Origin: a virus
IMG/VR virus record: IMGVR_UViG_3300035180_000246
Location: 1 to 64,000 of that record
Strand: one strand, 5' to 3'
Length of the DNA: 64,000 bases
Positions 28,943 to 37,229 of this stretch are shown in pieces; position 1 is the stretch's first letter; every line of letters starts with the position of its first letter. The notes beneath the pieces were generated by a model, which saw only the letters and a program-made list of their open reading frames with translations, was not told the origin of the DNA and did no database searches. The translations under genes and the position numbers were made by a program.

Positions 28943-29221
28943 CTACCATCCCATTGCCTGTTTCCAGTTATGGTCTTGTATTAGAGCATAACGTTTATCA
29001 GCAGCTTCAATCTCATCTACGCTGTATTCTAGATAGTACCAAGATATAAACTCATCTAGATTACCTATAAACCTACTGTTCCTGGTAAAAAGTAATGAAA
29101 TATTCCCTTCAGTTAATGCAGCTGGATTCATAGGTGTAAAGGTTGAGGCAATTATATGCTTTACAACATCTTCACTAATGCAAAGGTACTCACCTAACGC
29201 TTTAGCTGTAAATGTACTCAT
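28943..29221 (-). CDS. Paralog family B member
   Basis: TFTAKALGEYL..ALTE..EFISWYYLEY..RYALIQDHNW. Confidence 0.7.
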   Translation of the reverse strand: MSTFTAKALGEYLCISEDVVKHIIASTFTPMNPAALTEGNISLLFTRNSRFIGNLDEFISWYYLEYSVDEIEAADKRYALIQDHNWKQAMGW

Positions 29222-29328
29222 TGGCTTACACCTACAATTAGGTACATACCGACAGCAATGATAGTCATCAGTACACTAACAACCTCACAATGGTGGTTAA
29301 CTACTAATCGATTAATAAACTTACTCAT
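29218..29328 (-). CDS. Small membrane peptide, 36 aa (not in ORF track)
   Basis: MSKFINRLVVNHHCEVVSVLMTIIAVGMYLIVGVSQ; RBS AAGGA; ATGA overlap with next gene. Confidence 0.55.
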   Translation of the reverse strand: MSKFINRLVVNHHCEVVSVLMTIIAVGMYLIVGVSQ

Positions 29329-29380
29329 ATAGCATCCTTTAATTATTCATTAGATAGTAATTATTGTAATTACTAGATAG

Positions 29381-29425
29381 AAAAAAAAAAATACTACACA
29401 ACCTACCTAAGTAGATCATGTAGTA
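29381..29425 (-). terminator. Rho-independent terminator
   Basis: 15-bp stem with three G.U pairs, TTAG loop, T11. Confidence 0.8.
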
Positions 29426-29432
29426 AATTAGA

Positions 29433-29690
29433 TTAAGCTGAAGCTAAATTAGAGTCTTCCTGTTCTGGTTTACTCATCTCTTTAGCATAAGCCAATAGAC
29501 CAATAAAGCCAGCAATCGCAGCCCATACTGCTACAACAGATAGCTTAACACTTGATACTAGATAGCTTGTAATACTTTGATTTTCAAGGACATCTAGTGT
29601 ATTACCTACACCATTTGCGTTATAAGCTTCGCTTGCAATTGAAGTAGTCTTAATACTTTTTACTTGTCGAGTCGCCATTTTATTCACCAT
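29433..29690 (-). CDS. Early membrane protein, paralog family C
   Basis: KS.KT.SIAS.AY.A.GV..TLDVLE plus C-terminal TM. Confidence 0.7.
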   Translation of the reverse strand: MVNKMATRQVKSIKTTSIASEAYNANGVGNTLDVLENQSITSYLVSSVKLSVVAVWAAIAGFIGLLAYAKEMSKPEQEDSNLASA

Positions 29691-29700
29691 AATTTAGATT

Positions 29701-29748
29701 AAAAAAAAAAAAACAGTAGAGACTAAGGCTTTCGCCCTAATCTCTACC
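29701..29748 (-). terminator. Rho-independent terminator after RNAP
   Basis: GGTAGAGATTAGGGC-GAAA-GCCTTAGTCTCTACT followed by T13. Confidence 0.85.
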
Positions 29749-29799
29749 ATTAAATAGTACTCTATGTATAATCAGGTTATATCTAGTACATGTACTGTA

Positions 29800-31536
29800 C
29801 TAACTCAATGCATACTCTGAATTAAGAATATCAAGATGCAGATCGTTAGAGAGTTTATCAAGCTTAACAGGATACCCTGCTAGATCACTTATAATGCTCT
29901 CTAGTAGATTGCTCTGAGCTAAACGAGCTAACACCTCTTTAAAGATGTTGCGCATCGCCTTAGCGTTATTAGGATGACATACAAAGCTGTCATGAATATG
30001 AGCAACTTCGAAATCGCATGATCTAATTAACTCTCTTGCAACGTATGCATCCACAGAGTGAGTAACGTTAGCCCAAATATGCAATTTACTACCAGACGGT
30101 TTATTAACTAACTCTTGGTAGTCAAAGAACACATTCTCAGCCAAGTTAACTCGGGTAGTCTCAGATACTTGGGTTCTAACGCAAGCTGTATGACCATCTG
30201 GTAATGTCCATACAAACTCTGCTTTGTCTTCCCAAATGCTATCAATAACATTCATGAATGCTTCAGCACCCTTGAAGCCTACAGCTAGAGCCTTATAGAA
30301 AGCTTTTAACTGAGCATCGTTAAATGCCTTTCTTGGACTACCAATGCTACCGTACCAGTGAGTCATCAGCGGTTTCTTAACTAACTCACGATCTACATGA
30401 TCATTAGGAGCTAGTTGAGCATTCATTAACGCTACCAGATACGTATAAACGTCCTCACGTTTACCTGTATTGGTTAAGTTAACTTTAGTAGCTGTCTCTT
30501 TACAGCCTGTAAGTACAGCAAGGCACTGTAAGCCTGAAGCTGTGCAATCCCACATAGTAGGAATGCCAACAGGTAAACCATTAACAGCATCAAAGTATGC
30601 ATTAACAGCTTTCGTATAGAGGACAGGCTCAGCAATATCAGCAAGGTCAATAGACATATCGTCACCATTAAAGGTAACAGTTTTAGCTATTAACTGCTGT
30701 CCTTTAATTTTACGGTCAGCCCAAGACAATTTATCAAAACCTGCTGTATTAGCTACCCAGCATAAGAGTTCCTCTACAGCATCTTTGGTACATACTTCTT
30801 TGTTAGAGAAGCTTAATAGAGCTTTATGATATTCAGAGCTTTGAAGATTTACTTCATAACCCTTAGAGTACATTCTACCTCTGCTATCGTAGTTCCACAT
30901 AAAGTGAAATTTGTTACCTAAGAGTTGAGCAGTAATGTCCACAGATTTGTCCCAAGAATAACTAGTAGTATCTTTGAAATTACTAGCTATATCTAAGTCG
31001 ATCTCCCAAGAGATATCCTGCAATTTGTTAATTACATCAACACTTACAGGATACTCATGCTGGTTTTCATGACCTAATACTAAGTCATGTTTAATAGACA
31101 AGTAGCCTCCACTCTTTCCTAGTTTATTCCACTTACGTGGTTTAACAAGTAATGGTGGTAGTACTGTTGTGATACTGAATTGTCTTAATAACTCATTAGG
31201 TAACTTAACTAAAGGCTTTAACACGATGTTACCAGCACCGTGATTTACCAATGAGTAGTAGCCTGAAGATGTAAAGCTCATGATTACTTCTGTAGCAGAA
31301 GTTAAATCCATACCAGCATGGATCAGACTGTTTACTACAGACTGAATTGGGATGTTCTTACCTAGTCCAGACAGTACATTTACGAGTACTATCTCTTCTG
31401 GTTCAGTAATGCTTAGTTCCAACTCTTGAATGTACATCTTAACCTTATTCTTAATCAGTCTCTTAGAGTACTTGTCCTCTAAGTCTAATTGTCTAACATA
31501 GTTGTTATCGCTATTCATATTAAGATTCCTGTTCAA
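29800..31536 (-). CDS. T7-family RNA polymerase; N4 RNAP II with gp15 and gp16 fused (probable ATG at 31518)
   Basis: YDSRGRMY, motif A WDCTASGLQ, motif B RELVKKPLMTHWYG, ANVTHSVDA, motif C IHDSF. Confidence 0.9.
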   Translation of the reverse strand: MNRNLNMNSDNNYVRQLDLEDKYSKRLIKNKVKMYIQELELSITEPEEIVLVNVLSGLGKNIPIQSVVNSLIHAGMDLTSATEVIMSFTSSGYYSLVNHGAGNIVLKPLVKLPNELLRQFSITTVLPPLLVKPRKWNKLGKSGGYLSIKHDLVLGHENQHEYPVSVDVINKLQDISWEIDLDIASNFKDTTSYSWDKSVDITAQLLGNKFHFMWNYDSRGRMYSKGYEVNLQSSEYHKALLSFSNKEVCTKDAVEELLCWVANTAGFDKLSWADRKIKGQQLIAKTVTFNGDDMSIDLADIAEPVLYTKAVNAYFDAVNGLPVGIPTMWDCTASGLQCLAVLTGCKETATKVNLTNTGKREDVYTYLVALMNAQLAPNDHVDRELVKKPLMTHWYGSIGSPRKAFNDAQLKAFYKALAVGFKGAEAFMNVIDSIWEDKAEFVWTLPDGHTACVRTQVSETTRVNLAENVFFDYQELVNKPSGSKLHIWANVTHSVDAYVARELIRSCDFEVAHIHDSFVCHPNNAKAMRNIFKEVLARLAQSNLLESIISDLAGYPVKLDKLSNDLHLDILNSEYALS

Positions 31537-31547
31537 ATTAAAGGATT

Positions 31548-31580
31548 AAAAAATAGACATACCCTTAACAGGTATGCCTA
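31548..31580 (-). terminator. Rho-independent terminator
   Basis: TAGGCATACC-loop-GGTATGTCTA followed by T6. Confidence 0.75.
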
Positions 31581-31595
31581 AATATGTGAGAAGAA

Positions 31596-31715
31596 TTATA
31601 GACTTAACTGAGTCAAGTCAAATTCTTCCCACTCGAATTCATACTCAGATTCACATACTGAATCAGTATTAAAGTTCAGCTCTAACATGAGAGCATAAAT
31701 ATCATCGTAATCCAT
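31596..31715 (-). CDS. Highly acidic 39-aa early peptide (not in ORF track)
   Basis: MDYDDIYALMLELNFNTDSVCESEYEFEWEEFDLTQLSL; RBS AAGGAG; terminator immediately after. Confidence 0.65.
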   Translation of the reverse strand: MDYDDIYALMLELNFNTDSVCESEYEFEWEEFDLTQLSL

Positions 31716-31783
31716 TTGATTACTCCTTAATTAAGATTGAAATAACTATTGAACAGTTTTAAGACTTGTTCAGGTCTCAAGAG

Positions 31784-32110
31784 TTAAGATTTCTTAGCCA
31801 TTAGCTCCTTAATGCTAGGCTTAGAATTAATACGAGCTTGTTGCTCCTCTTTAGAGATTAACTCTTTAACAGTATCAAGGGTGCAGTTCTTTAGAAACCA
31901 CAACACTTCTTCTTCACTTTCAGCAGTGAAGTCACTGTTTTTGTTAAACTGTTCAAGATCAACACGCAATAACACGCCCATTACTGGACGGATAGACCCG
32001 TCTTCATGCGCTGTCGCCAGCGAAAAGGTCTTGAACTCAGACTTGGCATTGCTAACAGCTTGTAAGCCAGTAGTTGAAGCAGAAACAGAAGCTAAATTGA
32101 TTGTACGCAT
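31784..32110 (-). CDS. Early protein (positional candidate for an N4 gp2-like factor)
   Basis: RBS AAGGA; follows repeated promoter-like motif; function inferred from position only. Confidence 0.65.
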   Translation of the reverse strand: MRTINLASVSASTTGLQAVSNAKSEFKTFSLATAHEDGSIRPVMGVLLRVDLEQFNKNSDFTAESEEEVLWFLKNCTLDTVKELISKEEQQARINSKPSIKELMAKKS

Positions 32111-32168
32111 GATGAAGTCCTTTGAGCATATTGCTCATTAATTAAGATTGAAACAAATAAAACAAATA

Positions 32169-32202
32169 GATACAGAGAATCTGCATCAAAAAAGAAAGAG
32201 CA
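32169..32202 (-). promoter_or_regulatory. Candidate phage early promoter, copy 3
   Basis: TGCTCTTTCTTTTTT then hairpin GATGCAGA-TTC-TCTGTATC. Confidence 0.5.
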
Positions 32203-32261
32203 ACAGTTCAATACACACTGCTCTTGAGATATAACACAGTAAAGTGTGTAATTAGATGAGT

Positions 32262-32288
32262 AAAAAAGTAACTCCCCAAAGGGAGTTA
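32262..32288 (-). terminator. Rho-independent terminator
   Basis: TAACTCCC-TTTG-GGGAGTTA followed by CT6. Confidence 0.78.
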
Positions 32289-32303
32289 GCTTGGGAAAGG
32301 GAG

Positions 32304-32693
32304 TTAACAGATTTGCATCTTACTCCCTAATGTATGCATCATTTCGATATACTCTTCGAAGAAGCATCTTGGAATTTGCATATTACATACTACCATCTTG
32401 GTATGTAAAGCAAAGGCTTGATTGAACGCGCTAGAATACCTGTCAAGGTATCCTACAAGCCTTTTAATACGTATTTCTCTATACGGATCATTGAAATTAT
32501 TGACCCATGATAGGTCAAGAATAACTTTATGACTTAACCCTAAACGGGCTAAGGAATGAGGGCAGAACTCTGCCACATGTACTTCTTCAAATGTAGCTAG
32601 TGCATTTGAGTAGTATCCTGCATGATCGCCACAAAGAATATCACTTTTTAGGTGATGAGCTAAAGCCAATGGTACGAACACTTCGTATTTCAT
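32304..32693 (-). CDS. Early hypothetical protein
   Basis: RBS AGGAGG; own terminator. Confidence 0.7.
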   Translation of the reverse strand: MKYEVFVPLALAHHLKSDILCGDHAGYYSNALATFEEVHVAEFCPHSLARLGLSHKVILDLSWVNNFNDPYREIRIKRLVGYLDRYSSAFNQAFALHTKMVVCNMQIPRCFFEEYIEMMHTLGSKMQIC

Positions 32694-32739
32694 ATAACCT
32701 CCTAGGTTATTTTAAGATTTGAGAAAGAATTAGAGAATT

Positions 32740-32779
32740 AATACAGACTTGTTTATCTGCATCCAATAAAGAAAGAGCA
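32740..32779 (-). promoter_or_regulatory. Candidate phage early promoter, copy 2
   Basis: TGCTCTTTCTTTATT then GGATGCAGA...TCTGTATT hairpin. Confidence 0.5.
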
Positions 32780-32921
32780 CTAGTACTATTTACGCTGATC
32801 TATGGGTATAGCTAAGTGTATAAATGATTACCTATAGTTATAGGTAGTATTTAGGATTACTGAAAAGTGAATATGTGCTTTGTCTTAAGGGTGAGTTAAG
32901 GATAATTCTAGGTATAGTTAG

Positions 32922-33076
32922 TAACACTGATTAACAGTAACAATTAATTGTTAACACTTGTAACACTTATAACAGTACTGACAGCAGTAGCAGTAGCCCT
33001 ACTAGCCCTAACAGTAGTAACAGTGATAGTACCCTCTCTCGATGTACTGGATTGTGTGTGTGTGTGTTGTGTGTGT
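32922..33076. repeat. TAACA / CAGTA short-repeat array followed by a (TG)n tract
   Basis: About 8 TAACA units at 32922-33022, several CAGTAG/CAGTAC, TG microsatellite at about 33053-33076. Confidence 0.7.
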
Positions 33077-33086
33077 TTTTGTTTGG

Positions 33087-33117
33087 AAAAAAAAAATACC
33101 CCACCCGAAGGTGAGGA
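33087..33117 (-). terminator. Rho-independent terminator
   Basis: CCTCACC-TTCG-GGTGGGG followed by T10 (UUCG tetraloop). Confidence 0.85.
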
Positions 33118-33123
33118 TTTAGA

Positions 33124-33351
33124 TTAGTCTTGCTTTTTGCTAAGCTCTTTGAGGTATACAACGGTTGCAATAGAGCCTGCGATTAAGGCCCAAAAACCTA
33201 CAATACTTAACTTAGCAGAGCTTACGATATAAGCCCAGATACTAGCTGACTCTAGAACGTCTAGCGTTGGAGCTACTCCGTCAGCTTGGTAAGCTTGAGA
33301 CGCAATGCTAGATGTTTTAACAGACTTGATAGTACGAGTTGTAGTAGCCAT
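33124..33351 (-). CDS. First early gene; membrane protein, paralog family C
   Basis: Paralog of 29433..29690; RBS AAGGA. Confidence 0.7.
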   Translation of the reverse strand: MATTTRTIKSVKTSSIASQAYQADGVAPTLDVLESASIWAYIVSSAKLSIVGFWALIAGSIATVVYLKELSKKQD

Positions 33352-33375
33352 GATGATTGTCCTTAAGATTAATGC

Positions 33376-33400
33376 GGCAAGATTGCCAATAAAGAAAGTA
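33376..33400 (-). promoter_or_regulatory. Candidate phage early promoter, copy 1
   Basis: TACTTTCTTTATT then GGCAA-TC-TTGCC hairpin. Confidence 0.5.
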
Positions 33401-33473
33401 ATGCTTAAGAATTACTCCATAAGTAAGATATGGGGGGGGGTATACCAGGCTAATCACTCTCAGAATGATAGTA

Positions 33474-33553
33474 ATACACTCGTACCAAAATTATAAAAGT
33501 TGTAAAAACCTGTGATACACTCATACCAAAAATAAAAAATTCCAAAAAACCTG
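33474..33553. repeat. Imperfect ~41-bp tandem direct repeat at the early/late divergence (probable genome-end region)
   Basis: ATACACTC(G/A)TACCAAAA...AAAAACCTG occurs twice; G9 tract at 33432-33440. Confidence 0.65.
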
Positions 33554-33559
33554 AAAAAG

Positions 33560-33589
33560 TTGACTATAACCTATCCTTAATGCTATCTT
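33560..33589 (+). promoter_or_regulatory. Putative sigma70 late promoter
   Basis: TTGACT-18 bp-TATCTT with TGn extended -10, upstream of first plus-strand gene. Confidence 0.5.
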
Positions 33590-33616
33590 ATAAACATCAG
33601 GTATAAAGGAACATTT

Positions 33617-34342
33617 ATGGAACAAGAAGTATTAGAGTCACAGGTAGCTACCACTACTATCAGTGACGATCTACTCAAGAACAGCTTACCTAAGCATCTA
33701 AGAGGGTTAGTTACTGACTCCTTGGTTTCTACTGTTAACAGTATTGCTAATACAGATGGAGTAATGAGAGAAAGCTTTAGAGATAATCTCATTGGTTACA
33801 TGCATGTATTGCAAGATGGTAAGTATAAGATTCAAGATTATATTAGTGCTGTAAGATACTGCAGCTATAGACTAATGGGTAGAGGTATTAGTGATAGTTA
33901 TCGTAGTACATTCCCAGATAGATATGCTAGACTAATTCAAGAAGGTGCTAGTGCTAATCATGTTAGTGGGTTTGCTAGTGCTTATAATAAGAATAAGTTA
34001 GTTAATCTTATTATGGAACAGAGTTTAATACCTACTTATGTATTGAACCAAGACATCTATCAAGAAGCTATTAATGTACAAGCAGAACTAATGAGATCAG
34101 CTACTAGCGAGAAGGTTAGGAGTGATGCTGCTAATAGTTTACTGACTCATCTTAAACAACCTGAGACTAGAAAGATTGAGATTGAGATGGGTGTTAAAGA
34201 GAGTAAGAGTATTGATGAATTAAGAGAAGCTACTAGAGCGTTAGCTCAAGCACAGTTAGTTGCTATTAATGCTGGCACAATGAGTGTAGTTGATGTAGCT
34301 CATAGTAAAATTATCCAAGGTACATGTGAGGAGCATGAGTGA
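33617..34342 (+). CDS. N4 gp69-like protein (putative terminase small subunit)
   Basis: Y..AV.Y.S..LMG, TFPDRY, AYNK.KLV, SEKVRSDAANSLLTHLK.PE; upstream of TerL. Confidence 0.85.
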   Translation: MEQEVLESQVATTTISDDLLKNSLPKHLRGLVTDSLVSTVNSIANTDGVMRESFRDNLIGYMHVLQDGKYKIQDYISAVRYCSYRLMGRGISDSYRSTFPDRYARLIQEGASANHVSGFASAYNKNKLVNLIMEQSLIPTYVLNQDIYQEAINVQAELMRSATSEKVRSDAANSLLTHLKQPETRKIEIEMGVKESKSIDELREATRALAQAQLVAINAGTMSVVDVAHSKIIQGTCEEHE

Positions 34343-34692
34343 TGTTAAAACATAAAGCTGTTAACTTATTTCTAGAAAAGTTTAGGAATACAAGTGAGGT
34401 TAGAGATATAGCTTCTAAGACTAGTAAAGTTATGTTAAAAGAAATTACTTTAGATAATCTAGAAGATATTACTAGGATCATGCGATATAACGCTAACGGT
34501 TCTGTGTATATGCCTATTGTAGAAGAGTTTGATTTAGAAGGTAAAGTTGCTAAATGCGGTATGGTACTGGTAAATTATAAAGAAGATCTTCTTGGTTTAT
34601 ATTTAGGTATTGGGTACTTTGATGTACCTGAAGAAGGTACAATATTAATAATCAATAAAGAAAATTTAGATCTACTGTATCCCTTGGTTTAA
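34339..34692 (+). CDS. Hypothetical protein
   Basis: Overlaps upstream stop; inserted before TerL. Confidence 0.55.
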   Translation: MMLKHKAVNLFLEKFRNTSEVRDIASKTSKVMLKEITLDNLEDITRIMRYNANGSVYMPIVEEFDLEGKVAKCGMVLVNYKEDLLGLYLGIGYFDVPEEGTILIINKENLDLLYPLV

Positions 34693-34718
34693 CTGTTCTT
34701 TTATGTGGAGACTGATGA

Positions 34719-36305
34719 TTGATGAATAAACCTATAAAGCAATCTGTAGAGCATTGGCTTAATCAAGTTGATTACGGTGATGATATTAACTACGTCCCTA
34801 GTGAGTTCTCACTAGAGTTTGTTAACTTTATTAAGTTGGTTAATGGTACTGAAGGGGAAGAGAACTTAACTCCTATCATCCATTATAAGATGTTGGATCA
34901 GATTGCTGGAGGTAAGTCTAACACACTTAACATGTTGTTTCGTGGTTCAGGTAAGACTACTGTATTTGGTGAGTATATGTTCTTATACCTTGCTACTTAT
35001 GGGGAATTACCTGACTTCGGGAGAATTGATCTAGCTATCTATGTTAGTGATAGTGTAGAGAACGGTGTAAAGAATATGAGGAAGAACTTAGAGTTTAGGT
35101 GGGAGAATAGTGAGTTTTTACAGCAGTATGTCCCTGAAGCTAAGTTTACTGATATTAGATGGGAGTTTATTAATAAAGACGGGAAGAGGCTTATCATCAA
35201 AGGGTATGGTGCATTAACTGGGGTTCGCGGTAGTAAAGAGATGGGTAAGAGACCTAACTTTGCACTACTAGATGACTTGGTTTCCGATGATGGTGCTAGA
35301 AGTCCTACAATTACAGCCAGTATTGAAGATACTGTATACAAGGCTATTGATTATGCATTACATCCCACAAGACGTAAAATTATTTGGAACGGTACTCCGT
35401 TCAACAGCAACGATCCTTTATACAAAGCTGCAGAATCTGGTGCATGGCATGTCAACGTGTTTCCTGTGTGTAACACTTTCCCGTGCAGTCCAGAAGAGTT
35501 TAGAGGAGCGTGGGAAGATCGATTTACATATGAGTATGTTAGAACTCAATATGATAAAGCAGTCCTTGCAGGGAAGGTAGATAGCTTCATGCAAGAGTTA
35601 ATGTTAAGAATTATTAGTGATGATGATAGGTTAGTCTTCGATCATGACTTAGTGTGGTACGATTCTAAGAGAGTTCAGCAGAATAAAGAAAGGTTTAACT
35701 TCTATATTACTACTGACTTTGCTACTAGTGAAGGTAAGGCTAGTGACTTTAGTGTTATAAGCGTATGGGCTTACAATAATAATGGTGACTGGTTACTAGT
35801 AGACGGTATCTGTGCTAGGCAGTTAATGGATAAGAATATTGATGATCTATTTAGATTGGCTCAGATGTATAGACCTCAACAGGTAGGTATTGAGGTATCT
35901 GGTCAGCAGGGAGGTTTTATCTCTTGGATCTATGATCAGATGGCTACTAGAAACATTTACTTTACTTTGGCTAGTGAAAATAATAATGGTAGAGCAGGTA
36001 TTAGACCAGCCACTAATAAGATGGAAAGATTCAACGTAGTACTTCCTTGGTTTAAAACTAAGAAGATTTGGCTACCAGAGGATATGCGTGAGCATCCTTT
36101 AGTGTTAGAATTATTGGAAGAATTGAAATATGCTTCACCTAAAGGGTTTAAGAGTAAACATGATGATGCTATCGATACGGTATCTATGTTAGCTAAACTA
36201 ACTCCTTGGAAGCCTACAGAAGAGACTGTAAATACAAAGACAGGTGATATGTTTGAAGATGAGCCTGAGTTGACTGGTGGAGCTTATAGCTCGTACATTG
36301 TATAA
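34719..36305 (+). CDS. terL: Terminase large subunit (N4 gp68-like)
   Basis: FRGSGKTT, RP..ALLDD, GTPF, ITTDFATS, HDDAIDTVSML. Confidence 0.95.
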   Translation: MMNKPIKQSVEHWLNQVDYGDDINYVPSEFSLEFVNFIKLVNGTEGEENLTPIIHYKMLDQIAGGKSNTLNMLFRGSGKTTVFGEYMFLYLATYGELPDFGRIDLAIYVSDSVENGVKNMRKNLEFRWENSEFLQQYVPEAKFTDIRWEFINKDGKRLIIKGYGALTGVRGSKEMGKRPNFALLDDLVSDDGARSPTITASIEDTVYKAIDYALHPTRRKIIWNGTPFNSNDPLYKAAESGAWHVNVFPVCNTFPCSPEEFRGAWEDRFTYEYVRTQYDKAVLAGKVDSFMQELMLRIISDDDRLVFDHDLVWYDSKRVQQNKERFNFYITTDFATSEGKASDFSVISVWAYNNNGDWLLVDGICARQLMDKNIDDLFRLAQMYRPQQVGIEVSGQQGGFISWIYDQMATRNIYFTLASENNNGRAGIRPATNKMERFNVVLPWFKTKKIWLPEDMREHPLVLELLEELKYASPKGFKSKHDDAIDTVSMLAKLTPWKPTEETVNTKTGDMFEDEPELTGGAYSSYIV

Positions 36306-36323
36306 GTAAGGATTTTATATACT

Positions 36324-36611
36324 ATGAGCAATGTTTATTATGTAAAACTTAATGCACAAAATAGAGTACTGAAGAGTAAAGTATATCCTAATACTACATC
36401 AGATGCTGTTAAGTTCCCTCCTTCAGATATGATTGATATTACAGATCAAGTAAAAGATGGGGTATCACTTTCAAAAGTAGCAGCAAAAGTTGTGAATAAT
36501 GTCAATAAAGATATGTACTTCATCAATGGAGAATTTATCATTATTGATAGATACTCATTCAATGATGCTATAAAGTTAGAAAAATTACTAGAAAGTGGTA
36601 ATGCAAATTAA
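36324..36611 (+). CDS. Small hypothetical protein
   Basis: RBS AAGGA; first gene of insert after TerL. Confidence 0.6.
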   Translation: MSNVYYVKLNAQNRVLKSKVYPNTTSDAVKFPPSDMIDITDQVKDGVSLSKVAAKVVNNVNKDMYFINGEFIIIDRYSFNDAIKLEKLLESGNAN

Positions 36612-36623
36612 GGGTACTGATCC

Positions 36624-37229
36624 ATGTTTAACATTGTAAAAATACCTGCAGGAGATACTGCTGTACTCCAGTCAAGCAGTTATGATTTATATACCTATAC
36701 TGTGTATGTAGGTGAACACGTAGTAGATATCCCTTTAGGCGATTCTTTATGGTTAATTGGTGATACCTGTGCCAGTGTACATAGAGGTGGTACTAAAGTT
36801 AGAAGTGAATCTTTAGCTGTATTAATCAGAGGTTACCAATGTGAAAGTAAAGCATCTAGTTATGAGAGTATGGTAAATTTACCGTATATTAATGGCTGTA
36901 GTTCACAACAAGTGTTCCCTCCTGTAAGACATGGTGATCCTACGCTACAGCTGCTGTATATGCCTAAAGGTACTAAAGAACAAGCTCACCATATCCACTC
37001 AACTGTTAGAGTGGTTAGGGTTATTGGTGGAAGTGGTTACAGTATTCAAGGTATGACAGATGAGTCTAAAGTTCCGTTAAATCCTGGCGATGTGCTAGTG
37101 CTTGATAAGATGACACCACACCACTTTATTACTGAAGATGCTTACTTACTTGTAGCACCTATGCATGTGTATAGCTCTACAGTATTAGAGAATAATCATC
37201 CAATGCGTAATGGTACATTTGAAATTTAG
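36624..37229 (+). CDS. Cupin-domain protein
   Basis: HHIH...V..V..G.G...LNPGDVLVL....PHHF metal-binding cupin motifs. Confidence 0.78.
   Translation: MFNIVKIPAGDTAVLQSSSYDLYTYTVYVGEHVVDIPLGDSLWLIGDTCASVHRGGTKVRSESLAVLIRGYQCESKASSYESMVNLPYINGCSSQQVFPPVRHGDPTLQLLYMPKGTKEQAHHIHSTVRVVRVIGGSGYSIQGMTDESKVPLNPGDVLVLDKMTPHHFITEDAYLLVAPMHVYSSTVLENNHPMRNGTFEI

Noticed and set aside
32967-33170. 67-aa ORF with Leu-rich tail
   Set aside because: Spans a terminator and the TG/CAGTAG repeats; hydrophobicity comes from low-complexity DNA
32922-33553. Possible CRISPR mini-array
   Set aside because: Repeats are 5-6 bp or a single imperfect duplication, with no regular repeat-spacer structure
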